Shown one piece after another: positions 28,926 to 39,091 of a DNA stretch of 61,016 nucleotides. The stretch is from Minisyncoccia bacterium (lineage in GTDB: Bacteria; Patescibacteriota; Minisyncoccia; Phycocordibacterales; UBA5272). The notes below the pieces were generated by a model. That model was not told the DNA's origin, searched no databases, and was given only the letters and a program-made list of their open reading frames with translations. Each line of letters begins with the position of its first letter. Position 1 is the first letter of the stretch. Position numbers and translations under genes: made by a program. Location of the stretch: positions 1-61,016 of the forward strand of contig JBBQKQ010000003.1 in NCBI GenBank assembly GCA_038326985.1. Reading direction: 5' to 3'.

Positions 28926-30297
28926 AAATTACACTTTTAATTCTCCTTAAACTTTCTTCTCTCCCAATTATCTCCATTATAGTAAACGGGTCTGGAGATT
29001 TTTCTTTCAAAGAAAGTATCATACGTAATGGGTGAAGTATTTGCCCGCGACCAATAGTTGCGGACCAATCCCAAATTTCATTTTTTAAATTCTCAGCTGT
29101 CCAATTCTCTTCACTAACCGTCTCTAATTTTTCCAAAACTAATCCCAAATTCTTTTTGGATTCTTCCAGACCTCGCTCTTTAAAACAAATTTTTTGTAAA
29201 TCAAAACTTTCAAAATCTTTTTTATGATCTTCTGTGGAAAACATATTATTTTCACCATTTAAAATAGCGTCATAATATTCTGTAAATTTTGAAATTCTTT
29301 CTTTATATACTTTAAGAATAATTTTTTTTTCTAATTCATTTGAGTCTTTTTTCACATAACTAATAAACTCTTCGTCATTTAAATCTTTCAAATAATGTTT
29401 ATTAATATTGTCTAGTTTTTTAAAATCAAATTGTGCCGGCGAAACCTGTACTTTTTCAAGCGAAAACTCTTTTATAAGGTCTTCTAGAGTAAAAAATTCA
29501 CGTTCGTTACCTGGGTTCCACCCAAGAAGTGCCAAATAATTGACTAGAGTTTCTTTTAAGTAGCCCATCTCAAAAAACGCTTTTAAACTTGTAGTCCCAT
29601 TTCTTTTTGAAAGTTTTTTTCTGTCTTCACCTATTATAGTTGGCAAATGAGCATAGTATGGAATTGTTGCGCCAAATTGAGAAAGCGCTTCAATGATCAT
29701 TATTTGTCTAGGAGTACTTGTCATATGGTCATCACCTCTTATAACGTGTGTTATACCCATAAGCCAGTCGTCTATTACCACTGTAAAGTGGTAAATAGGA
29801 TCATTTATTGACCTTGCAATTATTATATCGGCTGCATTTTCACCTTTAAAATTTCCTTCTTGGTCACGCTCTTTGAAAGAGTGGCTGTTTATTTTTATTT
29901 CTCCTTTTACCAAATCAGTCCAAACTATTTCTCTTTCTGTATTTTTTAAACGAATAATTTTTCCTGTTCCCTGTGCATTCTCCACATCTTCATAAGCAAA
30001 ACCATTACTTACTAGCTCTTTTAAATACTTGTTATATACTTCCAGTCTTTCGGTTTGTCTATATGGTCCTTCATCCCAAGATAATCCTAGATTTGTAAGT
30101 GCATCAAGCATTGGTTGTTCATACTCTCTTTTACTTCTTTCTTTGTCGGTATCTTCAAAACGAAAAATTATTTTACCATTTTGTTTTTTTGCAAATAAAA
30201 AATTAAAAAGAAGTGTTCTCACGTTTCCAATATGTATTTCTCCTGTTGGACTTGGTGGAAAGCGCACTACGACTTGTTTGTTGATAACTTCTTTCAT
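28918..30297 (-). CDS. gltX: Glutamyl-tRNA synthetase (compact)
   Basis: RFPPSPTGEIHIGN, RFEDTD, ITHVIRGDDH, KLSKR. Confidence 0.95.
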   Translation of the reverse strand: MKEVINKQVVVRFPPSPTGEIHIGNVRTLLFNFLFAKKQNGKIIFRFEDTDKERSKREYEQPMLDALTNLGLSWDEGPYRQTERLEVYNKYLKELVSNGFAYEDVENAQGTGKIIRLKNTEREIVWTDLVKGEIKINSHSFKERDQEGNFKGENAADIIIARSINDPIYHFTVVIDDWLMGITHVIRGDDHMTSTPRQIMIIEALSQFGATIPYYAHLPTIIGEDRKKLSKRNGTTSLKAFFEMGYLKETLVNYLALLGWNPGNEREFFTLEDLIKEFSLEKVQVSPAQFDFKKLDNINKHYLKDLNDEEFISYVKKDSNELEKKIILKVYKERISKFTEYYDAILNGENNMFSTEDHKKDFESFDLQKICFKERGLEESKKNLGLVLEKLETVSEENWTAENLKNEIWDWSATIGRGQILHPLRMILSLKEKSPDPFTIMEIIGREESLRRIKSVIYA

Positions 30298-30340
30298 AAA
30301 TGAATTATATCATGTTAAACTTTTTTTATAAAATAAATAT

Positions 30341-30640
30341 ATGGATAATGAAAAATTGATTAGAGAGCTATTAGCCACAACCAGAGAAACTAGAGACATG
30401 GTTAATTCTATAAACAAACAACGAAGGTTTTCAAATTTCTTGACTGCAGTCAAATACATAATAATAATATTTTTATTATACGGTGCTTACTCGACAGTCC
30501 AACCATATATAGACACTGCGACTCAAACTATGAATAATATAAATAATATAAGTGCACAGGCAAATACTCTCAAAAATGTAGATCAGAAGTCATTTACAGA
30601 CTATATAACTTCACAGATTAAGAAAATTAATACAAAGTAG
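30341..30640 (+). CDS. Small single-TM hypothetical protein
   Basis: 99-aa ORF with central TM. Confidence 0.6.
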   Translation: MDNEKLIRELLATTRETRDMVNSINKQRRFSNFLTAVKYIIIIFLLYGAYSTVQPYIDTATQTMNNINNISAQANTLKNVDQKSFTDYITSQIKKINTK

Positions 30641-30655
30641 TAACTGAAAATTTAT

Positions 30656-31276
30656 TTACTTAAAGAACTTTAAACAAAGATGGTATATGGAGTAAGTAAT
30701 AAAATAGGCTGCGAAAACATCTATTGAATAATGCAAATGACCTAGCAAAACACTAACCCCCGCAACGATTGAGGATAATAAAAAAATAATTCTCAAATAA
30801 TAATTTTCCCAAAAGATAAGGGAAAGTAAAAATGGTAACCCAGTATGTCCTGAGAAAAAAAGGTCGGAGCCAGAAGTAAACAAATTTAAAGATGTTGTCC
30901 AATCAATTGGTGCCCGCACAGGAAACGGTCCAATGTGTGTAAGGATAACAAAAAAAGCTCTGATAAGAATGAAAAGGCCCATACTTTTTGTAACAAAAGG
31001 AATTTTTTTAGGTTCTTTTAGGAGAATTAAAGTGACAAATATCGCAAATATTATTGCCCCCTCTATAAAAACATCATCTACATTAATAAGCGGTAAATTG
31101 TCTAATAATAAATCTGTAACTGAGCTACTTGCATGGTTGAATGCAAAAGTACAAGCTAAGTGATTAATTATTAAACTAAAGAAAAAAAATGTTATTCCCA
31201 AAATAGAAGCGTAGATATTTTGCTTATCTGAAAAAAAACTTTTATGTTGTTCAATTATTTTATGATTATTTTTCAT
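30656..31276 (-). CDS. PAP2-superfamily membrane phosphotransferase, sphingomyelin/IPC-synthase-like
   Basis: Multi-TM; DLFFSGHT and HYSIDV motifs. Confidence 0.75.
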   Translation of the reverse strand: MKNNHKIIEQHKSFFSDKQNIYASILGITFFFFSLIINHLACTFAFNHASSSVTDLLLDNLPLINVDDVFIEGAIIFAIFVTLILLKEPKKIPFVTKSMGLFILIRAFFVILTHIGPFPVRAPIDWTTSLNLFTSGSDLFFSGHTGLPFLLSLIFWENYYLRIIFLLSSIVAGVSVLLGHLHYSIDVFAAYFITYSIYHLCLKFFK

Positions 31277-32007
31277 CTGATATCTATATATTTTTCTGTG
31301 TAAGGTTTATTTAAAAAAATTTCAGAGATATGGTTTACTGCATATTTTATACCCATGTTGATTATTCCCTCTTCTTTTAACCTTCTACCTGAAGTATACA
31401 TTAGAAGTTTAAAAGTCCACTTAACTTTTCCAACTTTAAAAATTCTTTTAGCAATATCAGAGTCTTCACCATAAAATTTAATTCTTGTATCGTACCCACC
31501 AATTTTTTCCATAGCGCTTCTTCGAACAATAAAATTTCCACCTTGGAGCATTCCTCCAATTTTAAAAATATTGTTTGTTAAAAAATAAAGTAAATAACCA
31601 AAATAATAAAAAATTCTTACAACAAATCTTTGAAAGATATTTAAGTCGTAATAAATATATGGTCCGCTTAGTGCAACAAGATTTCCATCTGTTGTAAATT
31701 CTGTCATAACTTTTCTAAGCCATCCCTCTGGTAAAATTACATCCGCGTCAATATTTGCTATTATTTCTCCAGTAGAGTTATCCATTCCGCATTTTCTTGC
31801 CCAAACGAGACCTTTATTTTTTTCATCCACTACTTTTACATTTGGAAAACCTTCTGCAATTTCTTTTGTTTTGTCCGTACTATTATTATTCACCACAATT
31901 ATTTCTGTACTATATGAATATCTTTCTATTTCTTTTTTCACAGATTCCAAACAACTACCAATTCTTTTTTCTTCATTATAGGCGGGTATAACAAAACTAA
32001 TTTTCAT
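31273..32007 (-). CDS. GT2 glycosyltransferase
   Basis: SFVIPAYNEE, IDAD, GGNF, GED. Confidence 0.92.
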   Translation of the reverse strand: MKISFVIPAYNEEKRIGSCLESVKKEIERYSYSTEIIVVNNNSTDKTKEIAEGFPNVKVVDEKNKGLVWARKCGMDNSTGEIIANIDADVILPEGWLRKVMTEFTTDGNLVALSGPYIYYDLNIFQRFVVRIFYYFGYLLYFLTNNIFKIGGMLQGGNFIVRRSAMEKIGGYDTRIKFYGEDSDIAKRIFKVGKVKWTFKLLMYTSGRRLKEEGIINMGIKYAVNHISEIFLNKPYTEKYIDIR

Positions 32008-32018
32008 ATATTAATAAA

Positions 32019-32597
32019 TTATTTTTTCTTTAACTTTGTAAAGTACAAATATATTGCTACAACTATTATACCAAGAAAACCATAAAATACCTTACCAGTT
32101 GCAGAGTCTATTTGCTGATATATTCCTACAAAATTGTAACCTAAAAATAAAAGTACTCCTGACCAAACTAGTTGACCAAGTAAATTTACAATAAAATAAG
32201 GTACAAAAGGTATTCTAACAATTCCAGCCGTTACGAGTACAACAAATGAAAGTCCTAAGCCATTTGTTAATTTTGACATAAATAGTATTAAATATTTATT
32301 TTTATGAAACATATTTTTTATTTTTTCCACCTTGTTTTCTTCAATATTAAATTTGTTTTGAAGTTTTGTAATTGCCTTTTCTCCATATTTGTAACCAGTA
32401 TAATAAAGTGTTACATCTCCAAAAATATCTCCAACTATTACTGCCAAATAAACTAAATAAATATTTAAATACCCCAGCTTAACTATAGAACCAAGCATAA
32501 TAGATACAATTGGCCCTTCAAATACAGCCAATGCTGCTATAAAAAAATAACTAATATAACTGTAATTTGTATAAATGTGTAAAAGATAATCGTACAT
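32019..32597 (-). CDS. DedA family membrane protein
   Basis: FEGP, GDIFGDVTLYYTGYKYG, SK motif, TAGIVRIPF. Confidence 0.85.
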   Translation of the reverse strand: MYDYLLHIYTNYSYISYFFIAALAVFEGPIVSIMLGSIVKLGYLNIYLVYLAVIVGDIFGDVTLYYTGYKYGEKAITKLQNKFNIEENKVEKIKNMFHKNKYLILFMSKLTNGLGLSFVVLVTAGIVRIPFVPYFIVNLLGQLVWSGVLLFLGYNFVGIYQQIDSATGKVFYGFLGIIVVAIYLYFTKLKKK

Positions 32598-32607
32598 CTT
32601 TTTATTT

Positions 32608-33285
32608 TTAGTTATTTTTAATAATTAATTTTTTCATCAAATAAATTTGTTTAAATATTTGAATTGGTGAAAGATAAGAAAAAATATTTAAACCCATAAT
32701 TATAAAGTCCCAATGTACTCCAAATTTTTTTCTTTTCAGTGGACTTTCTACATTAGGCCAATTAACTACTGCTAATTTTAATTTTTTTTCTATAACAATA
32801 CTATTTAAAAATACTTCAATTTCAAAGCCATCTAGATCTGGTAGACGATTTAATTCATTACTAATTACATTTTTTTTAAAACACCTTTCTCCCGTAATGT
32901 AATCTAGTCCAATTATTTTCCAAAAACTTGGGGCGTTTTTTCGAAGACTTATACTCATATCTGCTTTTCCCAAAAAAACTGGTTCTGTTAAATCTTTTAT
33001 TGATTGAACGGTAAGTCCTAAAAGGTCTGCATCTAAAAAAAGTAAAATATCTCCTTTAGATCTTAAGATACCGTTGTAGATTGACATGCTTTTCCCTAAA
33101 TTTTTATCGTTGCGAATAACATGAAAATTTTTAAATGCAGATGTTTCTCTCAAAGAATTATCTGAAGAAAAATCGTCTACAATTATTACTTCTTCTAAAA
33201 AATCACATTTTTCTAGTACCGAAAGCACGCGCACTATTCTTGTCTCTTCATTATACATAGGTACAATACAAGATATCCTGTTCAT
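32608..33285 (-). CDS. GT2 glycosyltransferase (polyprenol-phosphate type)
   Basis: CIVPMYNEE, VDDFSSD, NLGKS, FLDAD, GERCF, FEIEV. Confidence 0.88.
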   Translation of the reverse strand: MNRISCIVPMYNEETRIVRVLSVLEKCDFLEEVIIVDDFSSDNSLRETSAFKNFHVIRNDKNLGKSMSIYNGILRSKGDILLFLDADLLGLTVQSIKDLTEPVFLGKADMSISLRKNAPSFWKIIGLDYITGERCFKKNVISNELNRLPDLDGFEIEVFLNSIVIEKKLKLAVVNWPNVESPLKRKKFGVHWDFIIMGLNIFSYLSPIQIFKQIYLMKKLIIKNN

Positions 33286-33286
33286 C

Positions 33287-33604
33287 TTATTCTTTCTTTT
33301 TAGAATTCCAGAAATTTAGTGGTAAATTACTCAATACAAACATTGCTACAGAGGTTAATTTATTCATCCAACGCTTGTTGGCAATAATATTTTTAATAAA
33401 TTTCAATTTAACAAAATCTAAGCCCAAATTTACTAATTGTTTCTCACCGTTTACAAAAGTTTTTTTAACTGCCTCGGCTGCATGATGCACATTTCTCAAA
33501 GTTTTAACTATAAAGTATCCAATTACTGACAAAATACCTATTACGATAGCGAGCGCTAAACATGAGAGGATTAAGAGAATGTTTGTTAGTGTTGAATTAT
33601 CCAT
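33287..33604 (-). CDS. Single-TM hypothetical protein
   Basis: N-terminal TM; TGGTATAAT 7 nt upstream of ATG. Confidence 0.6.
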   Translation of the reverse strand: MDNSTLTNILLILSCLALAIVIGILSVIGYFIVKTLRNVHHAAEAVKKTFVNGEKQLVNLGLDFVKLKFIKNIIANKRWMNKLTSVAMFVLSNLPLNFWNSKKKE

Positions 33605-33627
33605 ATTTGGAATTATACCACAAAGTT

Positions 33628-34104
33628 TTATTTAAAATACCTCAAATGTTTTGCAAGTTTTTCCACAAAGATTGTTGACCCTATTCCTATTATAGAACCT
33701 ATAATAATGTCTACTGGATAATGCACATTTAAATACAATCTAGAGTAACAAATCAAAACTAAAATTATTATAGCTAAAATATTTACTAACATTTTTAGAT
33801 GTTTATTTTTAATATGTAAATATGAATAATATATTATTAATATAAAAATGACTCCAGCTATGGTAGCATGACCTGATGGAAAACTATAGCCATCCTCAGC
33901 AATTAGCATATGGATTGGTCTTGGGATTTTAAACAACTCTTTCAATGAATAAGTGATGGCTAAAGCTAGAGCCGAAGAAAAAAGAATTACAAAAGCGTAT
34001 TTTTCCTGTTTATATTTCCAAAGTATTAATGAGGCGGTAAAAAGTATTGCTACAATAATTACCGGCTCAGTTATATAAGATATTGAAAGCCAAAATTTGA
34101 ACAT
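33628..34104 (-). CDS. PAP2 family phosphatase
   Basis: KELFKIPRP, SFPSGH, SRLYLNVHYPVD. Confidence 0.9.
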   Translation of the reverse strand: MFKFWLSISYITEPVIIVAILFTASLILWKYKQEKYAFVILFSSALALAITYSLKELFKIPRPIHMLIAEDGYSFPSGHATIAGVIFILIIYYSYLHIKNKHLKMLVNILAIIILVLICYSRLYLNVHYPVDIIIGSIIGIGSTIFVEKLAKHLRYFK

Positions 34105-34215
34105 ATTAATTTACATTATAACTTATATTTTTAAAAGTTAAGTCCTGTTGTGCACCTAATAATATACAAAGTTAGAACTAAAATTTCATGAATTTCATAT
34201 TTCTCACTAAAAAAG

Positions 34216-34587
34216 TTATACTTTTAAAGTAATTTGTATTTGTTTAATTATTTCGCCAAGCTTATATTCTGCTTTTACAAAATAATTCTGTACTCCATAA
34301 GTGGTATAAGTCTTTTTTAAATCTAGGGAAGATGTATTGGAGACAACAAAAATTGGTACTTCTTTATACTTACTTGTATTAGATTTATATTTAACAACAA
34401 AGTCAATTCCAGTTTCTTTACCAATTAAATTGTGGTCTAGCCATATTCCATCCATTTCCAATATTTCTGTACAAAATGCATCTTCTACACTTTTTGCAGT
34501 CACAACTTTGAAACCGCATTGCTCTAATTTAATCTGAATAACTTTTTGTAAAGACAAATCATCTTCCACCACTAGTATTGTTTTTAT
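34216..34587 (-). CDS. Single-domain response regulator without canonical start (ATA where ATG expected)
   Basis: KTILVVEDD, WLDH phospho-Asp, VVSN, YFVK; no nearby in-frame ATG/GTG/TTG upstream of KTIL. Confidence 0.7.
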   Translation of the reverse strand: MKTILVVEDDLSLQKVIQIKLEQCGFKVVTAKSVEDAFCTEILEMDGIWLDHNLIGKETGIDFVVKYKSNTSKYKEVPIFVVSNTSSLDLKKTYTTYGVQNYFVKAEYKLGEIIKQIQITLKV

Positions 34588-34627
34588 TATTATATAATTG
34601 TTATTAGTTATAATTATTAGGGTTTGC

Positions 34628-36521
34628 TTATTTAAGATGTCGCAAAGGTAGAGTAAAATAAAAAGTGGTACCAATATTTTCTTTACTTTCAAACTAAATT
34701 TTCCCACCTGATGAATCCACAATATTTTTGGCTAAATACATTCCTAGCCCAGTGCCATCAGTCGATCGTTGTACAACATTGTCTGCTCTGTAAAATTTTG
34801 TAAATATTTTCTTTTTTGATTCTGTTAGTATACCAAAACCATTGTCCTTAATAGACAAAAGCATCATTTGATGATATTTTTTATCATTTACTTTTATAGA
34901 GATTTCTATTTTTCCTTTTTTATCTGAATATTTTACAGAATTCGAAATTAAATTTTGTAAAACCATTCGTAATCTTTTAGGGTCAATGTTTATGAGCGGC
35001 AATTTTCCTGAATATTTATAAACTAAATTTATTTCTTTTTCTAAAATATCATTTTTCTGTTCATCTACAACATCTTGAATTAGTAATACTACATCTGTGT
35101 ATTCATCACGAATTATAACTTCACCAACATCAAGCATTGCAACATTTAACAGAGAGTTCACCATCTCTAACATTCTTCCTGTTGCATTGTATATTTCTTG
35201 AAAGTAGTCTTTTTGGATATCCTCCAATTCTCCACCGTCACCTTCTAGAAGCATTTCTGTATACCAAGAAACAACCGAGAGCGGTGTACGAAGTTGATGA
35301 GCTGCAAGAGAAATAAAATCTCCTTTTGCAATATCCGACTCTTTTCCTGCTGATATATCCCGAAATATTTCTACTGCTCCAATAATTTTTCCTTTAAGTA
35401 AAATAGGATTAAAAAAACTTGACACAGGAAATTTGGTTTTATTTTTACGAATATAGCAATATTCTTCTCCAGAATTCCGAAATTTACTTTTTCCAAGTAA
35501 TGAATGCGATAGGATTCTCTCAGTAAAAGGTATTTTAATACCTTTTACCTCATCATGAGAGAGAATATCATCAATATTTTTTCCCTTAACTTCCTCTTGT
35601 TTCCATCCCAGGGCTTTTTCAAAAGCTTTATTAACCAACTCAATTTTTCCTTCTTTGTTTACTACCACAAGTGCAGCACCAAGCGAAAGTAAAATAGCTT
35701 CATTTTTAGCTTTGGCTTCCTCCAATTCTTTAATATTTTCTCTTAGTTGGAAGGTTCGCTCCTGCACCTTTTTTTCTAGTTCTAAATTAAGATCCAGAAT
35801 TTTCTGCTCAGACCGCTTTCTATCTGTAATGTCATTAAAAACAATTCCTACTCGGTTTTTCTTTGGCACTTCAATACGAAATGCGTGCACCTCATACATA
35901 CGTCCCACGACTGCAGCATGATTTTCAAAGCGAATTGGTTTACCTGTTTTAATTACCTTTTCATACATATCAAACCAATACTGCTCGTGAAAAGGTGCAA
36001 ACTCGCGTATCCTTTTTCCTTTGATATCTTGTAACCCAGTCTGTCTTTCAAAAGCTGGATTAACTTCTAGAAAATAAAGTGCGGTAACGATTTTCGCTTA
36101 CCTCTACTTTTTTCCTTTCCATCACTCTTTCGGTTGAATCGGTTGCCGTAAGGACTAATCCCCTTACACTGCCATCGATATTATAAATGGCGTCATTAAT
36201 AAAATCAAAATATCTTTCCTCCAACTTTCCATCGTAAATAATTTTAGCAGGTAGTTCTTTCCCTATAAAAGTCACCCCGGTTTTCATGACTGTACCCATA
36301 ATCTCCAGAAATCCTTGTCCTCTAATTTCTGGAAGTGCCACAGATAATGGCTTACCAAGTATCTGTTCTTTAGTTTTACCCCAAAACGCGCACATTTTAG
36401 CATTCGCAACCTCAATTATGAGGTCTTTACCTTTAAAAATCGCTAACGCCACAGAAACTTTTTCAAAAAGAGTTTGTAATTGATTATTCTTGTTCCCAAT
36501 ATCTTTAATATTTTTTTTCAC
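34628..36521 (-). pseudogene. Multi-PAS sensor histidine kinase disrupted by deletion/frameshift (~36071) and TAG (34694)
   Basis: AAHQLRTP, NLISNSVKYS, DNGFGI, GTGLG; GGKI*FESKENIGTTFYFTLP; RYRTLF joined out of frame to FLEVNPAFERQTG. Confidence 0.85.
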
Positions 36522-36830
36522 TTTATGTTTTGTATTACTTTGTTATTTTACTAGTACTACTATCTATGATACCGAAAAGAAATTAGTTCATTGTTTCTTT
36601 AAACTTACTTTCTTAGTTTTTGACTTCTTACACAGGTTAATCATAACACAAATAAGTTTTTCTGTATTTTAAAAGAACCCTAAAATTGTCAATACGAGAG
36701 AACTTTCATAGTTTGGGGTTTTTTGTACAGAAAAACTAAGAAAGATATAAAGTTATCATTAGGTTTTAACCAGAAAAAACCTTATAACACAAAGGCAAAA
36801 AGTAATTTTGGTATTATTCGTATGGGCTTG

Positions 36831-36903
36831 TGCTCAGACCCAGATTTGAACTGGGGACCTATTCCTCTTCAGGGAAGCGCTCTACCAACTGAGCTATCTG
36901 AGC
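36831..36903 (-). tRNA. tRNA-Phe (GAA)
   Basis: GCTCAGA acceptor, anticodon loop CT-GAA-GA, TTCAAAT T-loop; CCA not encoded. Confidence 0.95.
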
Positions 36904-36938
36904 AATATGAAAATATTATAACATATTTATCAAATATA

Positions 36939-38042
36939 TTAAATACTGAAATTTTTGATATTGTACAAATCATCATCAGCACTCTCGATATCTTTTTTCG
37001 CTTCTTCTTGTCCTCGATCGTCGAGCAATTTTTCTTCTTCTTTTGTCTCTACTTCAACTCCCGCCAAGTCTGCATTTAGCACCTCTAAACTTTTTTCACC
37101 ATCGACAATTTCTTCTTTTTGCACCTCAACAGCTTTTCCTTGCATATTTTCAACAGCGTTTTTAAGTTTTTCTTGCAGCTTACTTTTTTCTTCCATGGTT
37201 ATTTGGGCAGCATTTATAGATTTTGAAATCATTTCCAAATCATCAAAAGAAAAGAAGTCGATTTTTATTATTCCACCTACATCACGCTTTTCCACATGCA
37301 CCCTTGTCCCAAGTTTCTCGCCTAAGCTATTCTCAATTTCCAGAATGTTTGGGTCTTTTATATATGCCTGTTTTCGTACTTTGTCTTGAGCTACTTTTCT
37401 ACCTAAACTTTCAGCCTCACGAACAGTCATTTTACGGATTAGCATTTCACAAAATAAAGTCATCTGTTCGTCTTTTCTATCTGAAAGCATAAGAAGTGGG
37501 CGAGTATGACCTTCAGATATTTTTCCCTGCCCAAGCGCTTTCAAAATTTCTTCTGGTAAATTTAATAGGCGAATTGAGTTTGAAACATACACTCTACTTT
37601 TACCCATTTTTTTACCAATGTCTTCATGGGAAAAACCAAAACTTTTAGAAAGTTGGTCAAGTGCTCTTGCCCTATCTACCGGGTTCAAGTCTTCACGTTG
37701 CAAATTCTCAATAAGTGCAAGCTCTGCTCTGGTTTCGTCATTATCACCCACACGAATAAGCGCTGGAATTTGTTTTAGACCTGCTAGTTTTGCAGCTCTT
37801 GTTCTTCTTTCTCCAGCAATCAGCTCATACATGGTCACAAATCCTCCATCGCTTTTTTCTTGCTCGTATCTCGAAACTGTTATAGGCTGCAAAAGTCCGT
37901 ATTGTTTTATAGATTCTGCTAACTCTTTTAGACCTTCTTGGTCAAAATCTTTTCTGGGTTGGAAGCGGTTTGGTAAAATTTTGTCAGTGTCAATAAAGAA
38001 TACTGAGTTTTGCAAAATTACATTTTTTGGAACGTCTATCAT
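36939..38042 (-). CDS. parB: ParB/Spo0J partition protein with acidic C-terminal tail
   Basis: NRFQPRK, GLLQPITV, IAGERRTRAA, IENLQREDLNP, HTH. Confidence 0.92.
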   Translation of the reverse strand: MIDVPKNVILQNSVFFIDTDKILPNRFQPRKDFDQEGLKELAESIKQYGLLQPITVSRYEQEKSDGGFVTMYELIAGERRTRAAKLAGLKQIPALIRVGDNDETRAELALIENLQREDLNPVDRARALDQLSKSFGFSHEDIGKKMGKSRVYVSNSIRLLNLPEEILKALGQGKISEGHTRPLLMLSDRKDEQMTLFCEMLIRKMTVREAESLGRKVAQDKVRKQAYIKDPNILEIENSLGEKLGTRVHVEKRDVGGIIKIDFFSFDDLEMISKSINAAQITMEEKSKLQEKLKNAVENMQGKAVEVQKEEIVDGEKSLEVLNADLAGVEVETKEEEKLLDDRGQEEAKKDIESADDDLYNIKNFSI

Positions 38043-38087
38043 ATAGAAAATAGTATAACCGATTCGTCCATTTTGTCGAATTTTAAA

Positions 38088-38549
38088 TTAATTAATACAT
38101 TTTTTAAATTGATAGGCTGCTATAGCTAAAGCCATTGCTACATTCATACTTCTATTAATTCCAAACATGGGAATGCAATATTTCTCAGTAACAGTATTTA
38201 ACAATTCAGTAGACATCCCATATTTTTCAGAGCCTACGACTAAAACTACGTTTTGTTTTAATTGCTTTGTATTTAAGTTAAATATATTTTTACTATCTTT
38301 TCCTGTTTCAATAGCTATTATTTGCATACAATTTGTTTTATGTATAAAATCTTGAACCAACTCACATTGTATCAGTTCTACGTTTTCAGTTCTTGACATA
38401 ATGTCTGCTTTCTTTTTATGTAAATTATATGTTTCAACACTTTTCCCAATGAGAAAAACTTTCGAACTTCCCAGTGCTTCAGCAATTCTTATAATATAGG
38501 CTATATTATCCCAAAAAATTAAATTTTCACACGCCAGTTGTATATTCAT
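38088..38549 (-). CDS. SpoU/TrmH family RNA methyltransferase
   Basis: NIAYIIR, VVGSEKYG, IPMFG..SMNVAMA. Confidence 0.88.
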   Translation of the reverse strand: MNIQLACENLIFWDNIAYIIRIAEALGSSKVFLIGKSVETYNLHKKKADIMSRTENVELIQCELVQDFIHKTNCMQIIAIETGKDSKNIFNLNTKQLKQNVVLVVGSEKYGMSTELLNTVTEKYCIPMFGINRSMNVAMALAIAAYQFKKCIN

Positions 38550-38581
38550 CTTTTTAATTATTTTTTTAACAGAAAATAGAA

Positions 38582-39040
38582 TTAAATTTTTGGAACTTTA
38601 CAGTTTTTGCAAACTCCGTATATTTCAAAAGAGAAGCCAGTCATATTTTTAAATGCCACGGCTTTTTTAAAAAGCTTGCTCGCTATTTTTTCTGCACCAA
38701 AATCTGGAAGTTCTTCTATGTGCTCACAATATTTACAAACCACGTGCGAGTGTGGGTCAGAAGCAAGCTCGTAGTGTGCATGCCCATGACAGAAATATTT
38801 TTCTAAAACTATTTCTTTTTGCACCATACTTTTTAAATTTCTGTAAACTGTCGCTTGGTCACAATAAGCTTTTTTGTTAACTTCAGAAAGAATTGCATCT
38901 ACAGAAAGTGGCTTGTCTGCAAACTCTAAAATTTCTAAAATGATGTTACGTGGGCCTGTTTTCCTAAACCCATCAGAAAAAAGCAGGTCTCGGTTTTGTT
39001 CTTTATTTTGAGCGGTCTTCTTTGCAGTTTTTTTGTCCAT
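38582..39040 (-). CDS. Fur family transcriptional regulator
   Basis: RKTGPR, ATVYRNL, HSHVVCKYC, FEIYGVCKNC. Confidence 0.92.
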   Translation of the reverse strand: MDKKTAKKTAQNKEQNRDLLFSDGFRKTGPRNIILEILEFADKPLSVDAILSEVNKKAYCDQATVYRNLKSMVQKEIVLEKYFCHGHAHYELASDPHSHVVCKYCEHIEELPDFGAEKIASKLFKKAVAFKNMTGFSFEIYGVCKNCKVPKI

Positions 39041-39051
39041 AGTATGTGCTG

Positions 39052-39085
39052 TTCCTCCCCTTTACAAGGGGAGGTTAGGTGGGGT
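39052..39085 (-). repeat. Dispersed palindromic repeat in Fur-family gene 5' UTR
   Basis: ACCCCACCTAACCTCCCCTTGTAAAGGGGAGGAA; perfect 9-bp stem CCTCCCCTT/AAGGGGAGG. Confidence 0.9.
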
Positions 39086-39091
39086 GTACAA

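Noticed and set aside
34588-34722. N-terminal extension of the response regulator in the ORF track
   Set aside because: Overlaps the kinase C-terminal coding region and looks non-coding; the receiver domain starts at KTILVVED.
36060-36080. Programmed +1 frameshift in the kinase gene
   Set aside because: Even after shifting, ~20+ conserved PAS residues are missing, so a deletion fits better.
30656-36903. Integrative island at tRNA-Phe
   Set aside because: No integrase and no duplicated tRNA 3' end found at the other boundary.
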